A DNA stretch of 52,193 bases from Fibrobacteria bacterium (GCA_039926685.1 JBDSWM010000403.1:1-52193), one strand, 5' to 3'; counted from the first letter of the stretch, positions 17,533 through 28,047 are shown. Made by a program: numbers and translations. The notes: generated by a model from the sequence alone, not told the origin.

Positions 17533-20040
17533 ATGGCGGCTTCCGTTACGACCCCGGCGCAGCCGCGGGCCGTTTCCTCAGAGGCTTGCGCCCATTGCGG
17601 GCAAGTGCTTCTGCGCACGGCCTTTCCCGGAGCCGACGGCGGCTTCTTCTGTTGCGAGGGTTGCCGGGAAGTGCATGCCTTCCTCGCGGGGGAACGTTGG
17701 GCGCCCTATCGGGATTTGATGGAGCAAGGCGGCAAACGCGCGCCGCGGGCCTGGGTGGGCGATGCCTTCCGCGATCGGCTCGCCGCCTTCGATGATCCCC
17801 AAGCGCTCGCGCGCCTGGGACGTTGGCAGGGCCGGATGCATGCGGTCAACCTGCGCGCGCGCGATGTGACCTGCGCCGGCTGCGGATTCCTGGTCGAGTC
17901 CCTCCTGCGCGATTGCCCCGGCGTCAGCGCTTACGAGGTCGACTTCCTGCATGGCGAAGCGTATCTCGAGTACGACGCGGATCGGACCTCCCTGCGCGCC
18001 GTGCTGGAAGGGCTGGCCCGCTTCGGCTATCGCCTGGAGCCGGTGGATGGCGCGGGGGATGCCCGCCCGGGACCCGATCGAGCCCTGCTTTACCGCATCG
18101 CGGTATCCGCCTTCTGTTTCATGAACTCCATGGCCTTCGCGGCGGCGGTCTACTCCGGCCTGCCGCGCGGCATGTCGCCCGCGTGGGAGCGCGCCTTCGG
18201 CTTGGCCGGCTTCGCGGTAGCCCTCCCCGCCTTTTTCTACGGCGCCCAGCCTTTCTACCAGGGAGCCTGGCGGGCCTGGCGCGCGCGCCGGTTCAACGTG
18301 GATTCCACCGTAACATTAGGGTTACTGGTGGCCTTCCTGGCCTCGGCCCATGCGGTCTGGTCCGGGCGGGGAGGCAATTTCTCCGATTCCCTGGCCGGGC
18401 TGGTCTTCTTCCTTTTGGTGGGGCGCTGGGCTGTGCGCCGCTTCGAGGCCGGCCTGGCCCTGGAAAGCCGCTGGTTCGAGCGCTTGGCCCCCGGTTATGT
18501 CAGCGTGCGGCGGGGCGAAAGCCTGGTGCGCATACCCGCGGAGGCGGCCTGCGCGGAGGATGTGGTGGAAATAGGCGCGGGGGAATACGCGCCCGTGGAC
18601 GGCGTGCTGGAGGCGGAAGAGGCTTGGATGGACACCAGCCTTTTGACCGGGGAAAGCCGCGCGGCCCGGTTCCGGCGCGGCGATTCCGTTTTCGCCGGCT
18701 ACCTCAACCTGAAGGGGCGCGCCTCCTTGCGTTTGACCGGCCCGGGGGGACAGACCCGCATTGCGGGATTGCGCCGCGACCTGGCTTCCCTTTCCGCCGG
18801 CCGCGGTCCGGTCCCGGACGGTTCCGGAGCCGTGGCGCAACGCTTCACTTTGGCCGTATCCCTATGCGCGGCGCTGGCCTTCGGCTTGCATTTAACTGCG
18901 GGCCTTCCCCGGGCGCTGGAATCGGCGGCCAGCGTTTTCATCGTCTCCTGCGCCTGCGCCCTGGCGCTGGCCACCCCCATAAACCGGGGATTGGGGCTCA
19001 AGCGCGCCCGCGCCCTCGGCTTCCATTTCCGCGCCCAGGCCGCCCTGGAGGCGTTGCGGGACGTACGCTGCGTGCTGTTCGACAAGACAGGCACCCTGAC
19101 CTTCACCCGGCGCACGGTTTACGGGTGGGAATGGAGGGAAGCCTGGCGGGCTGACGCCGCGCTCCAGGATGCCGCCCTCCGGGCCTTGCGCGCCGCGACA
19201 GCCGCTTCCTTGCATCCCGTCAGCCTATCGGTGCAAACCGCCTTGGAGATCCTCCCTCCCGACGGCCTGCGGGCGCATGCCCCGCGGGAACTGCCCCATT
19301 TCGGAATCTTGGCCCGCGTGCCCGGCGCCGATGGACGCGAAAGGGAGATATGCCTTTGCAAATTCGGGGCCTGGAACAAGGACGGAGTCGGACCCGGACC
19401 CTTCCAGGAGCTGGGCTACGCCTGCCCGGAAGGCCCTTGGCCATTGGTTCCGGCCGATGCCTGCTTGTTTGTGGACGGCTCCCTGGCGGCCCTGATCCGC
19501 TTCACCGAGGAGATCAAGCCCGAAGCGGCGCGCCTGGTCGCCGCCCTGGAAAAGCGCGGACTGCCGGTAGCGCTCCTCTCCGGGGACAATCCGGAAAAGG
19601 TGCGGGCCTTCGCCGCAGCCTGCGGGATCAAGGATTGGCGGGCCTCCCTCTCGCCGGAAGCCAAGCGCGGCGCGGCCGAGGAGTATCGCCGGCGTTACGG
19701 GCGGCTGCTCTCGGTCGGGGATGGCTTCAACGACAGCCTCCTGTTCGGATCCAGCGATCTGGCCATGGCCGTCGCCGGCGGCGCGGCCGATCGCCTGGAA
19801 AGCGTCGACATCCTTTCCTCCGGGGATCGCCCCCTGGCCCTGGCTTCCCTCTTCGCTTTGGCCGATGGCGTAGCCCGAGGCGTGCGCCGGGGTTACTGGG
19901 TTTCGGGTTTCTACAATGCCACCGCCATCGCCGCGGCCCTGGCCGGCTGGGTCACGCCCTTATTCGCCGCCGTGCTGATGCCGGTAAGCGGGCTCTCCCT
20001 CTGCCTCGTCGCCTGGCTGTCCGTTCCGCGCCGGCCTTGA
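17533..20040 (+). CDS. ccoI: CcoI/FixI heavy-metal (Cu) P1B-type ATPase
   Basis: CAHC...FCCEGC, TCAGC, LTGES, CACAL (in place of CPC), FDKTGT, HP, GDGFND, YN and MxxS motifs. Confidence 0.92.
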   Translation: MAASVTTPAQPRAVSSEACAHCGQVLLRTAFPGADGGFFCCEGCREVHAFLAGERWAPYRDLMEQGGKRAPRAWVGDAFRDRLAAFDDPQALARLGRWQGRMHAVNLRARDVTCAGCGFLVESLLRDCPGVSAYEVDFLHGEAYLEYDADRTSLRAVLEGLARFGYRLEPVDGAGDARPGPDRALLYRIAVSAFCFMNSMAFAAAVYSGLPRGMSPAWERAFGLAGFAVALPAFFYGAQPFYQGAWRAWRARRFNVDSTVTLGLLVAFLASAHAVWSGRGGNFSDSLAGLVFFLLVGRWAVRRFEAGLALESRWFERLAPGYVSVRRGESLVRIPAEAACAEDVVEIGAGEYAPVDGVLEAEEAWMDTSLLTGESRAARFRRGDSVFAGYLNLKGRASLRLTGPGGQTRIAGLRRDLASLSAGRGPVPDGSGAVAQRFTLAVSLCAALAFGLHLTAGLPRALESAASVFIVSCACALALATPINRGLGLKRARALGFHFRAQAALEALRDVRCVLFDKTGTLTFTRRTVYGWEWREAWRADAALQDAALRALRAATAASLHPVSLSVQTALEILPPDGLRAHAPRELPHFGILARVPGADGREREICLCKFGAWNKDGVGPGPFQELGYACPEGPWPLVPADACLFVDGSLAALIRFTEEIKPEAARLVAALEKRGLPVALLSGDNPEKVRAFAAACGIKDWRASLSPEAKRGAAEEYRRRYGRLLSVGDGFNDSLLFGSSDLAMAVAGGAADRLESVDILSSGDRPLALASLFALADGVARGVRRGYWVSGFYNATAIAAALAGWVTPLFAAVLMPVSGLSLCLVAWLSVPRRP

Positions 20041-20242
20041 GGGCAACCTCCAGATACCGGGTTTCCCCCTAACTTCCATCGCTGTTGGTGATTGGGGCGG
20101 CCAATGCTTCCTCTAGGCCGGGGGCCGCTATCTTTTCACAAGACCCCGGATTCAGGCGTTATCCTGGGTCTCCAAAATCCGATTCCGAACCTGCGAAGGG
20201 GAGGCTGAGATGCGATTATGCTGCTTTTGAAATACAACTCGA

Positions 20243-21115
20243 ATGAATCGGTTGAACACAATCCCGGGATCGAAGCTAAATTCGGGCATGATGATTGAAA
20301 GCCGCGTCTCCTTCTTTGATGCTTTGGTAACGACCAGCCGCAAGCTCGAACTTGATTACGAGCAGGCGCTGCAGGATGCGCCCGAAAGCGCCGCGCGCGT
20401 CCGCGCGACCGTCGCCGAATTCCTGGAAGGTTATGCCGCCTTCAATAAGATCTCCCCGGAAGCGGCGGTAGCGTCTTACATGGCTACCGTGCGCGGGTAT
20501 GCGAAAGACATCCGCGCATTCATCCAAACCGGCAAATATCCGCTCGAACTTGATCCCGCTCTGCCGATGCTACCCCGCTTGGATTATGACGTGTTCCTGA
20601 TCCTGACCATTCTCGTCACAAAGCATCGCTGCGCCATCATGGAAGAACTCCTCAAATTCCCGGCCCGGGGAAAGGCGCTGGTCATCGGCGTGGGGTCGGG
20701 AGTGGAACTGGGCTTCATCGGCGCGCCGGCCGGCAGCGATGCGTACGATCTTTATATCAACTCCCACGCCCGCCGAACCTTCCCGGAATGGAATCTGCGC
20801 GAGGAGTTTTATCGCCCGTTGGCCGGCCGGCTTTATCAAGCAGTTTACGCCATCGAATTGCTGGAGCATCTGGACGATCCCTACGCGTTCCTGGCCGATT
20901 GCCGCGATTCACTGGAGCCCGCGGGCAAACTCGTCGTTACCACGGCGACCAACGTGCCGCAATTCGATCATCGCTGCAATTTCGTATCGGACGATGATTT
21001 CGAGCGGCGGGCAGCGGCCCTGGGTTTGAGGCTCGAGCACAAGCAGCCCATCCCGCACGATTATGCCCGCACGCAAATCGGCGCCCGGAACGTGTTTTAC
21101 GTATTCGCTAAATAG
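20243..21115 (+). CDS. Class I SAM-dependent methyltransferase
   Basis: LVIGVGSG, YAIELLEHLDDP, LEPAGKLVVT. Start uncertain. Confidence 0.75.
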   Translation: MNRLNTIPGSKLNSGMMIESRVSFFDALVTTSRKLELDYEQALQDAPESAARVRATVAEFLEGYAAFNKISPEAAVASYMATVRGYAKDIRAFIQTGKYPLELDPALPMLPRLDYDVFLILTILVTKHRCAIMEELLKFPARGKALVIGVGSGVELGFIGAPAGSDAYDLYINSHARRTFPEWNLREEFYRPLAGRLYQAVYAIELLEHLDDPYAFLADCRDSLEPAGKLVVTTATNVPQFDHRCNFVSDDDFERRAAALGLRLEHKQPIPHDYARTQIGARNVFYVFAK

Positions 21116-21166
21116 ATTCCGCGACCTCCCGGGCGTTCTATTCGAGGCCGTTCTATTCAGCCATGC

Positions 21167-22204
21167 CTATTCCACCGAAGCGCGGCGGCCATCGCCGGCG
21201 AGCGAATCCACAATCCAATTGCAAAGGGTTCGCGCGGACTGGGAATAGAGATGGCTTCCATCGTAGGTGGAATCGCGCAGACTGGAGTTGGAGAAATTGA
21301 GGAAGGTGATGGAAAGCTCATCGGCCATGGAAACCATAAGGGAATCGAACTCGGGCAGGAATTCCGTTTCCGCGCGCAGCATTTCCGGGTCTATGGGCGT
21401 CCGCACGAGCACCACGCGGCCCATCTTACCCAACTCCGTCGCCATGCGTTTGAGGTATTCCAACCGTAAGGGGGCAAGCTCCTCTCCGGGGAAATAGTCG
21501 GCCTTGTAATGCTTCACCTTATCGGCAACCCTTTTCGCATGGGTCGCGCTGTCCATGGGCTGGATTTCCGCGTCCACCCATCCGTCGGCGCTTCTTTTGA
21601 TTTTTCCCCGTTTACCCAGGGCCTTCATGAAAAGGGGACGATAATAGGAATCGTCGAAATACTTGAACAGATAATCGTAGTTGATCCGGCCCGGTGGAAC
21701 CACCTTGGAACGGACGAAGGAGTTGGATTCGACGAACGTGGAGGAGTCCGCATGGGCGTTCGCGCTCTTGGCCGCGAACAGCAGCGGTCCCACCTCGATG
21801 ATGAAAAGGCCGTGGCGCGTACCCGGTTTCACCTTGGACATGACATGCCGATAATAATCCGGGCCGAATTTGGCCGCGCCGTTGAAGCAGAAATTGTAGA
21901 GGGGACGCTCGAATTCCAGCCGGGAATCGCTGAAGATCGAGGGTTGCAGGCCCATTTGCCCGCGCGAGGAGCCGATTATCAGCGATGGCGAGGGAGGCGC
22001 TGAGAATTTGGCGTGGATCCAGTCACCGTCCTGCACCCAGGTGAAATAGAAATGGATGCCGGCCGCGAAGCTTGCCGCGAACAGGCAGAGCTTGAGGAGC
22101 AAGGTGGCCGGAGAGCGCTTTTGGGGTGTAGGGTTTGCGGGAGCTCGGCCCGGTGGCGTCTCACTGCTCAGGTCGGTTAAGGTTTGGATTGGATAGCGTT
22201 GCAC
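21167..22204 (-). CDS. Membrane-anchored SGNH-like partner of MBOAT (AlgJ/DltD-like)
   Basis: One N-terminal TM, IIGSSR, YDGSHL (DxxH); directly downstream of the MBOAT gene. Confidence 0.65.
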   Translation of the reverse strand: MQRYPIQTLTDLSSETPPGRAPANPTPQKRSPATLLLKLCLFAASFAAGIHFYFTWVQDGDWIHAKFSAPPSPSLIIGSSRGQMGLQPSIFSDSRLEFERPLYNFCFNGAAKFGPDYYRHVMSKVKPGTRHGLFIIEVGPLLFAAKSANAHADSSTFVESNSFVRSKVVPPGRINYDYLFKYFDDSYYRPLFMKALGKRGKIKRSADGWVDAEIQPMDSATHAKRVADKVKHYKADYFPGEELAPLRLEYLKRMATELGKMGRVVLVRTPIDPEMLRAETEFLPEFDSLMVSMADELSITFLNFSNSSLRDSTYDGSHLYSQSARTLCNWIVDSLAGDGRRASVE

Positions 22205-22220
22205 ATGTCCTCCGCGCTCG

Positions 22221-23669
22221 CTAGAACATGAAATAGATGAATTGATGCTGGCTGAAGCGCCCCAGCAGGAAGATGCAGGACGCGCCCGCGTAATAGGCGC
22301 CCCAGCGCTGCCAAGCGGGCCGGGTCGCCAACCAGGCGCGGAGACCGCTGCCCGATGGCGTTCCGTATTCCTGGATCAGGTGGACGCAGAGAACCACGGC
22401 TATGCCGAAGCAGCCTATCAGAAGCTCGAACTTGTCCCCGCCCAGGTTTAGCAGGTCATTCAGGCTTCCGCCGACGAAGAGATGGGATGCGATGTAAAAG
22501 CCGTCTCCCACCGACGCGGCGCGGAAAAATACTTGGGTGAAGCAGACATAGGCGAATGTGACCGCCCAGCCGGCCAAAGCGAACAGGCGGGGCCAGCGTT
22601 TTCCGGCCCGCTTCCGCGCCTTGCGCGTGATACCCTCCACGGACAAACCGATTCCGTGCAGCACCCCCCAGATGATGAAGGTCCAACCCGCGCCATGCCA
22701 GATTCCGCTCAAGAGAAAGGTGAAGAGGGAGGCCACGACGATGGCGGCCATGCCCCAATCGCGGTAGGCGATGGTAAGCGGGGTATACACGTAGTCGCTG
22801 AGCCAGGAGGACAGGGATATGTGCCACCGCTTCCAGAATTCGGACAGCGACCCCGCCAGGTACGGCCGCCGGAAGTTGGGAGGAAAATCGAAGCCCATGA
22901 TCTGGAGCGTCCCGATGGCGATGTCGGTATATCCCGCGAAATCGCAAAGGACCTGGAAGGCGAAGCAAACCGTCGCCGCCGCCAGGGCGATCCCGGAAAA
23001 GGAAGTCGGATTCTTGTAAACGGCATCCACCAACACCGCCAGGCGATCGGCGACCACGACCTTCTGGAAAAAGCCCCAGGCCATGAGCAAAAGCCCGCTC
23101 TTGATCCGATCATAATCGAATGCCATGGGAATACGGAATTGCGGCAGCACCTTGGGAGCCCGGGAAATCGGTCCCGCCACAAGTTGGGGAAAGAAGGAGA
23201 CGTAAAGGGCGTATAAGCCGAAATGGCGTTCGGGTAAAGTAGTTCCCCGGTAAACATCGATGAGGTAGCTAAGGGTATGGAAGGTGAAAAAGGAAATGCC
23301 CACGGGCAGCAGAATACTGTGATTTGGCAAGGCGCGCGGTATCTGCAATAGGCCGAAAACGGCATTCAACTGATCGGCGAAGAAATTCCAATACTTGAAG
23401 TAAACCAAAGTTCCCAGCAGTACCGCCACTCCGGATAGGAGAATCCCTTTCCGTTTTTGCGCATCCTGGGTGCGCCCCAGCCAATGACCGCAGGCCCAAC
23501 TGACGGCGGTGGAGCCCAGCAATAGCAGGGCATATTCCGGACGCCAACACATATAGAAGTAGTAGCTGGCCGCCAGCAGCAGCACCCAACGTAGCCGGTG
23601 AGGGAGGGAAAAGTAGGCGATGAGCAGCAGGGGAAAAAATATCGCGAAGTGAGTGGAATTGAACAACAT
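22221..23669 (-). CDS. MBOAT family O-acyltransferase (AlgI/DltB-like)
   Basis: MLFNS, LPVGISFFTF, FFPQLVAGPI, DFAGYTDIAIG, FWKRWHISLSSW, GIWHGAGWTF, FIYFMF. Confidence 0.95.
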   Translation of the reverse strand: MLFNSTHFAIFFPLLLIAYFSLPHRLRWVLLLAASYYFYMCWRPEYALLLLGSTAVSWACGHWLGRTQDAQKRKGILLSGVAVLLGTLVYFKYWNFFADQLNAVFGLLQIPRALPNHSILLPVGISFFTFHTLSYLIDVYRGTTLPERHFGLYALYVSFFPQLVAGPISRAPKVLPQFRIPMAFDYDRIKSGLLLMAWGFFQKVVVADRLAVLVDAVYKNPTSFSGIALAAATVCFAFQVLCDFAGYTDIAIGTLQIMGFDFPPNFRRPYLAGSLSEFWKRWHISLSSWLSDYVYTPLTIAYRDWGMAAIVVASLFTFLLSGIWHGAGWTFIIWGVLHGIGLSVEGITRKARKRAGKRWPRLFALAGWAVTFAYVCFTQVFFRAASVGDGFYIASHLFVGGSLNDLLNLGGDKFELLIGCFGIAVVLCVHLIQEYGTPSGSGLRAWLATRPAWQRWGAYYAGASCIFLLGRFSQHQFIYFMF

Positions 23670-23729
23670 GGAATTATTACCGGTGGAGGGAATCTAACCG
23701 AACCGATTTTGAAACGGCTCGCGAGATGC

Positions 23730-23756
23730 TTCAACCGGTTTTCAATCGGGTTTCAA
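23730..23756. promoter_or_regulatory. Three TTCAA direct repeats at 11-bp period (possible regulator binding site) upstream of the MBOAT gene
   Basis: TTCAA begins at 23730, 23741 and 23752 (TTCAACCGGTT TTCAATCGGGT TTCAA). Confidence 0.4.
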
Positions 23757-23777
23757 GGAGCTACAATGCGGCGGCGA

Positions 23778-24038
23778 TCACCGTGTCCCTGGCCTGGATG
23801 ACACTATCCATGTCCGCCGCCGGGCCGATGCCGGCAGGCCCCGGCCTACTAGCGCCGGTCCGGTGCCGGCCTTTTCAAAGGCCAGCTTGGTTCCGTCTTC
23901 CGATGCGGCAAAGGTCGCGTTTCCGCTCATTCCAGTCTTCATAGTCGCGGACATGGCGTCACCTCCCGACGCGGCCGCCTTGTCGTTCGGGGCGCATGCC
24001 GTCGTCATTGCCAATAAGAGGAACAGTTTCTTGAGCAT
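23778..24038 (-). pseudogene. N-terminal fragment of a lipoprotein alpha/beta hydrolase
   Basis: Lipobox-like TTAC, RBS AGGAG, SEDGTKLAFEKAGTGPALV (typical first strands of an ab-hydrolase). Similarity is lost near 23848. Confidence 0.6.
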
Positions 24039-24363
24039 GTCTTCTCCTTTTGCGAAGGGGAATCGCTATGGCCTGTTTTCAAGGCTGTGGTCATGCCTTC
24101 AAATCAGGGGCTGATCCTTTAATGGCAAGCTTAAAGAGAGTGTCGAACAGAGGCCCGATACAGCGCTCTCAACCAAATTGAGAGCAGGAATTACACTACG
24201 AATATCTCAATTTCACATTAATTTAGACCACTATTTTAAGATCCGAAACTTATTGACTTATATTTTACACTACGCTATCTTGAGGTATGAACCCCAGCCT
24301 CTTTACTGGGCGGATTTCCTGGATCGTACGCGTTTATTGCCAACCGAAGCTAATGAGGTGCCT

Positions 24364-26850
24364 ATGCGAGTCCCCCCTAAATTCCTGATCGCTTTTGCCG
24401 TTGGATTCCTTTTCCCGATCCAGAACGCCCTCGCCATCGGCGATCAGCATGGGTTGTTCCGCAGCCAATCCACCCAAGGGGCCCAATGGATGGGGACGGC
24501 CGTCATCGAGGATGAGGAATTCCGGATCACGGTCCACCCAGACTATCTGGACGTCGAACTCGATTGGGTATTCAGGGTCGGCGGTAAGGATCAACAAGGG
24601 CCGGAAAAATTCCAGGACGCCCTGGAAATCGTCGGCAATCTGAATCTGGCCAAGAACTCGGTGGTGGTGGGCATGCTGACCTGGTGGAAAGGCGACCTTC
24701 TCATGGGGAAATTGAAAACTTCCAAAACGGCGCGCGCCGATTATGAAGAGGTGGTGCAACGGGATGCCGACGCCCCGCCGCCGCCCCGCGATCCGGTGTT
24801 GATCGAATACGGATGGGGGCTGGACAATTACGATATCTCCATTTTCCCCGCGAAATTCGGTGACACGCGGAAAGTCCGCATCCATTACCTGATTCCCGCG
24901 AGCTCGATCGGCGGAACCGTGAAGATACCCTATCCCTATGCCTTCAGCGAAAACGCCAAGGTGACCATCCAGGCCGGATCCGATATCGCATCCTATAAAA
25001 TCGAGGCCGGGAAAGCGATGGTCCCCTTCAGCAACAAATCCCCCTTGCCCTTGAGCGAGACCGAATTCTCCTTCAAGGCCTATGGCGCAAATGGCGGCTC
25101 ATCCCAGGCGCCCCGGGTCCAATACATCGTTCCCGTGCTTGCGGAGGAACCGGAAGGTTCCCGCTTCTATGTGGGAGAGGTGAATCAACCGGATCTGAAA
25201 GGCCAGGCCGCCCATATCGTGGTGATGGACGCCCGGAAAATCATCGCGCAAAGCGATTTGAAAGAGGACTTCGTCATCCTCTGGCGTTGGAGCCATACGG
25301 CCGTTTTGAACGCCTATGCCGGCCAAATAGTCGGCCAAAGCAGGCTGCTCAAGGCCCTCCTGTCCAAGCTCGAAGGAGCCAACAAGCGGGCCGCGTTGAT
25401 CATCGACAAGGAAGGGGGCGAAAGGATCACTTTTGCCCTGGCTAAGGCCGACGATCCGGGCCATGCCAGGATGATCGCCTACCTGGATTCCCTCGCGACC
25501 CTGGCCGTCCAGGAACCGCCGGTGGTGGCCAACAGGCCGGATTATCAATTGGCGGCGGAGGTGGTCAAGGCTCAAGCCGAGTTTGAATCCGCCTTGAAGG
25601 CCGCTATGGAACTTTTCGATGGAAGCGGGAATATCCGGCACTTGTTGATCCTGACCGCCGGGCCTCAATTGATATACAACTATTCCGCAACGGTTGAAGT
25701 GAAGATTGACAGCCTGGTTCAAGTGGCCAGTCTGGTGGACTATGCTGAACATATGGATTTGGGATTGGCCATCAATCCGGACGATCGCGCGTTTTATTGG
25801 CCTGGCGCCAACCTTTCCGGTATCCTGATCCAGAATACCCTCAACCTGGAAGTGGCGGCGGTGATCAGCAACGGGAATCAGCTCTGCAGCCTTGCGGTGG
25901 CGGGTCCGCCGGATCTGAAAAACCCGTACCAAAGCGGGAAAAGCGAAATCGAAAAGCATGTGTTCACTGCGCCGGTTCTCCTTCCCAAGGTTCATTGGAC
26001 TATAACCCGGGACGGCAAGGTCATCTCCGAATTCGAGGAAACCGCCGGCCTGGTTCCGGTGGAAAATCCGCTGGCGCTGGCGCAATTGCTGGGCGCTTCC
26101 CGCGCGTTGACGCCCATGGCGGCGCGATTGCCGCGCTCCCTGTCCGCGGCCGTCGGTTTCGTGGACAGCACCTACTCACTGGTCGCCTTGGAGGAGGACA
26201 AATTGACCGCTGTCGAAGCCGACCGGTACGCCTCGGCGGGCCTACCACCCTTATCCGCGGCTGAAATCAAAGCCAGCCCGGAGGATTTGCTTTCCCTGCC
26301 GGCCTCGGAATGGATCCTGGAAAATCCGCCCCAAAGGATTTGGAATTATGGAAACTCCGGCCTGTATGCGGGTCGCGGCGGATTCGATTTCGGAGTGGTG
26401 ATGGATGCGGTAAGGGAATCGGGTCCCATCCCCAAAGGAATAGGCCAAGCCGGTGCCTTCATGCCGATGCCCATAGCGGGGGAATATTACCTCCCGTCCG
26501 CGGCGGCCTATCCGGATTATACCCGGGAACTCGCCGCGGGAATAGTTTCCGCCAGGCAGGCCAAGGCACGGTCGCCGCTCGCCCGGGTCAAGGGCCGATT
26601 TTTGTTGCTGGAGCTCCCGCAGGCGCGGGACTTGGCCGCCCGGAATTCCGATAAGGCGGGTACCGTTCAGGTGGAGATCTTCGATATAGCGGGATCGCTT
26701 CTCTTTTCGGAAAGCTTCCCCTCATCGGCGGGAAAGGCCGGCATTGAAATACCCTTGAGCCGGGTTTCCAGCCGGGGCGGCCTATGCCTGCTGCGATTCA
26801 AATCCTCCCTCGGGCCGATGACGCAGAAAATTTGGCTGCCCTCCCTATGA
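24364..26850 (+). CDS. Secreted VIT-domain-like protein with C-terminal sorting-like domain
   Basis: Start at MRVPP (RBS GAGG). Signal peptide; GKLKTSKTARADYEEVV..RDPVLIE..YDISIFP..TRKVRIHY resembles VIT; tail VEIFDIAG..GGLCLL. Confidence 0.6.
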   Translation: MRVPPKFLIAFAVGFLFPIQNALAIGDQHGLFRSQSTQGAQWMGTAVIEDEEFRITVHPDYLDVELDWVFRVGGKDQQGPEKFQDALEIVGNLNLAKNSVVVGMLTWWKGDLLMGKLKTSKTARADYEEVVQRDADAPPPPRDPVLIEYGWGLDNYDISIFPAKFGDTRKVRIHYLIPASSIGGTVKIPYPYAFSENAKVTIQAGSDIASYKIEAGKAMVPFSNKSPLPLSETEFSFKAYGANGGSSQAPRVQYIVPVLAEEPEGSRFYVGEVNQPDLKGQAAHIVVMDARKIIAQSDLKEDFVILWRWSHTAVLNAYAGQIVGQSRLLKALLSKLEGANKRAALIIDKEGGERITFALAKADDPGHARMIAYLDSLATLAVQEPPVVANRPDYQLAAEVVKAQAEFESALKAAMELFDGSGNIRHLLILTAGPQLIYNYSATVEVKIDSLVQVASLVDYAEHMDLGLAINPDDRAFYWPGANLSGILIQNTLNLEVAAVISNGNQLCSLAVAGPPDLKNPYQSGKSEIEKHVFTAPVLLPKVHWTITRDGKVISEFEETAGLVPVENPLALAQLLGASRALTPMAARLPRSLSAAVGFVDSTYSLVALEEDKLTAVEADRYASAGLPPLSAAEIKASPEDLLSLPASEWILENPPQRIWNYGNSGLYAGRGGFDFGVVMDAVRESGPIPKGIGQAGAFMPMPIAGEYYLPSAAAYPDYTRELAAGIVSARQAKARSPLARVKGRFLLLELPQARDLAARNSDKAGTVQVEIFDIAGSLLFSESFPSSAGKAGIEIPLSRVSSRGGLCLLRFKSSLGPMTQKIWLPSL

Positions 26851-26893
26851 AAGCCCATGGCTGACGCGAAGGTCCAGGGCTTTGGTTAAAGGT

Positions 26894-28011
26894 TTATGGC
26901 TCCACATAGCGCCATAGGCCTTCCGCCCACCGCGAGCAGGCCCAGGCATACATGGAATACACGTTCTTTTCCGTTCCCCACACCACCGCTTCCGGCCTTT
27001 CATCGCTGGTGACCTTGGACCAGGTAACCCCGTAGTCGGCGCTTCGCATTATGGTACCCTGGAAATCATACGCGCCGCCCACCCACATATTCGATCCTCG
27101 TTGGAATATCCGGGCGTTCCCATGGGGATGTTCCAATCTGCTCAGACCGGAGGGCGTGCTCCAGTTAACACCACTATTAGTGGTTCTCCCCGGGCTGGAG
27201 CCGTTCTGGCCGATGGCGAGCCAAGTGGTACGCGTGGCGGCGGCATTGCCCATATCGATGAAGAAGGGATAGACGGAAACCCCGCCTCCCAGCGTGCCTG
27301 GGCCCGCCTTATGCCAGGTGACCCCGCCATCGGTGGATTCAATCACGTCCGGGGCTTCATGCAGCCCGCTCAGGAGGTGGGCGGGATCGTATGGATCTAT
27401 GGCGAACGAATAAGGGTCGAAGCCGCCGGTGGAAAGCGTATCGAAGCTGATCCCGGCATCCGTGGACTTGAAGATCCGCCCATATGGTCTTTTTTGGAGC
27501 CGCTTTTACGCAGGTCCATCCATCGCTCGTTGCGATCCCCGATGTCGAGGCCGGTGAACATGCAGGTACGGTCCGGGAATATCATAACCACCGTATATCT
27601 TCCCGGCGCGCGCCCCACCCCCTGCACTTCGAGTTTTCCCGCGTCATCGGTAGCGCGGAGCGCATGGAAAACACGGAGTCCGTTGCTTGCGTATACATCG
27701 ACGGATACAGGCTTAGAGCGTATCGTAGAGTAGATCATCATGCGGTTACCGCGTAGAAGGACGCGTATCGAAGCACGGCCGCGCCTCCGATCCGGAATGG
27801 CATTCGTTCCCGTCAGGGAAAAGGCGCCCGAAGCGGATGTGGTTGTAGATGCTCCCGTGATTTCCAAAAGCTTCACGCTCGCCCCGCCGATGCCCTGCGA
27901 GCCAGCGCTATCGATTACGGTGCCGCTGATATTGAATGCCTGGGCGAAACGAATGCCGGCGAGAAGGACCAAGGCCGCGGCAGTCTTGCATGCGTATTTT
28001 CGGATGGACAT
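26894..28011 (-). pseudogene. Secreted BNR/Asp-box repeat (sialidase/GH74-like propeller) protein, frameshifted and internally deleted
   Basis: The 5' ORF has a signal peptide and a carboxypeptidase-regulatory-like start. Near 27485 the coding switches frame to GRIFKSTDAGISF...AIDPYDPAHLLSGLHE..IESTDGGVTW...RSADYGVTW...GLWRYVEP. Confidence 0.65.
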
Positions 28012-28047
28012 CGGGACCCCCCTCGGTTTTCGCCGGATTCCCCCCTC

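Noticed and set aside
21134-21172. Short direct repeat CGTTCTATTC x2 between convergent genes
   Set aside because: Too short and too few copies for a CRISPR array or a functional claim.
23761-23850. Remnant C-terminus of another gene (..MDSVIQARDTVIAAAL*) on the minus strand
   Set aside because: Reads plausibly but matches no family I can recognise.
24178-24363. N-terminal extensions given by the ORF track (also at 1334, 2919, 6659 and 38532)
   Set aside because: Downstream starts have a better RBS and place the signal peptide at the N-terminus.
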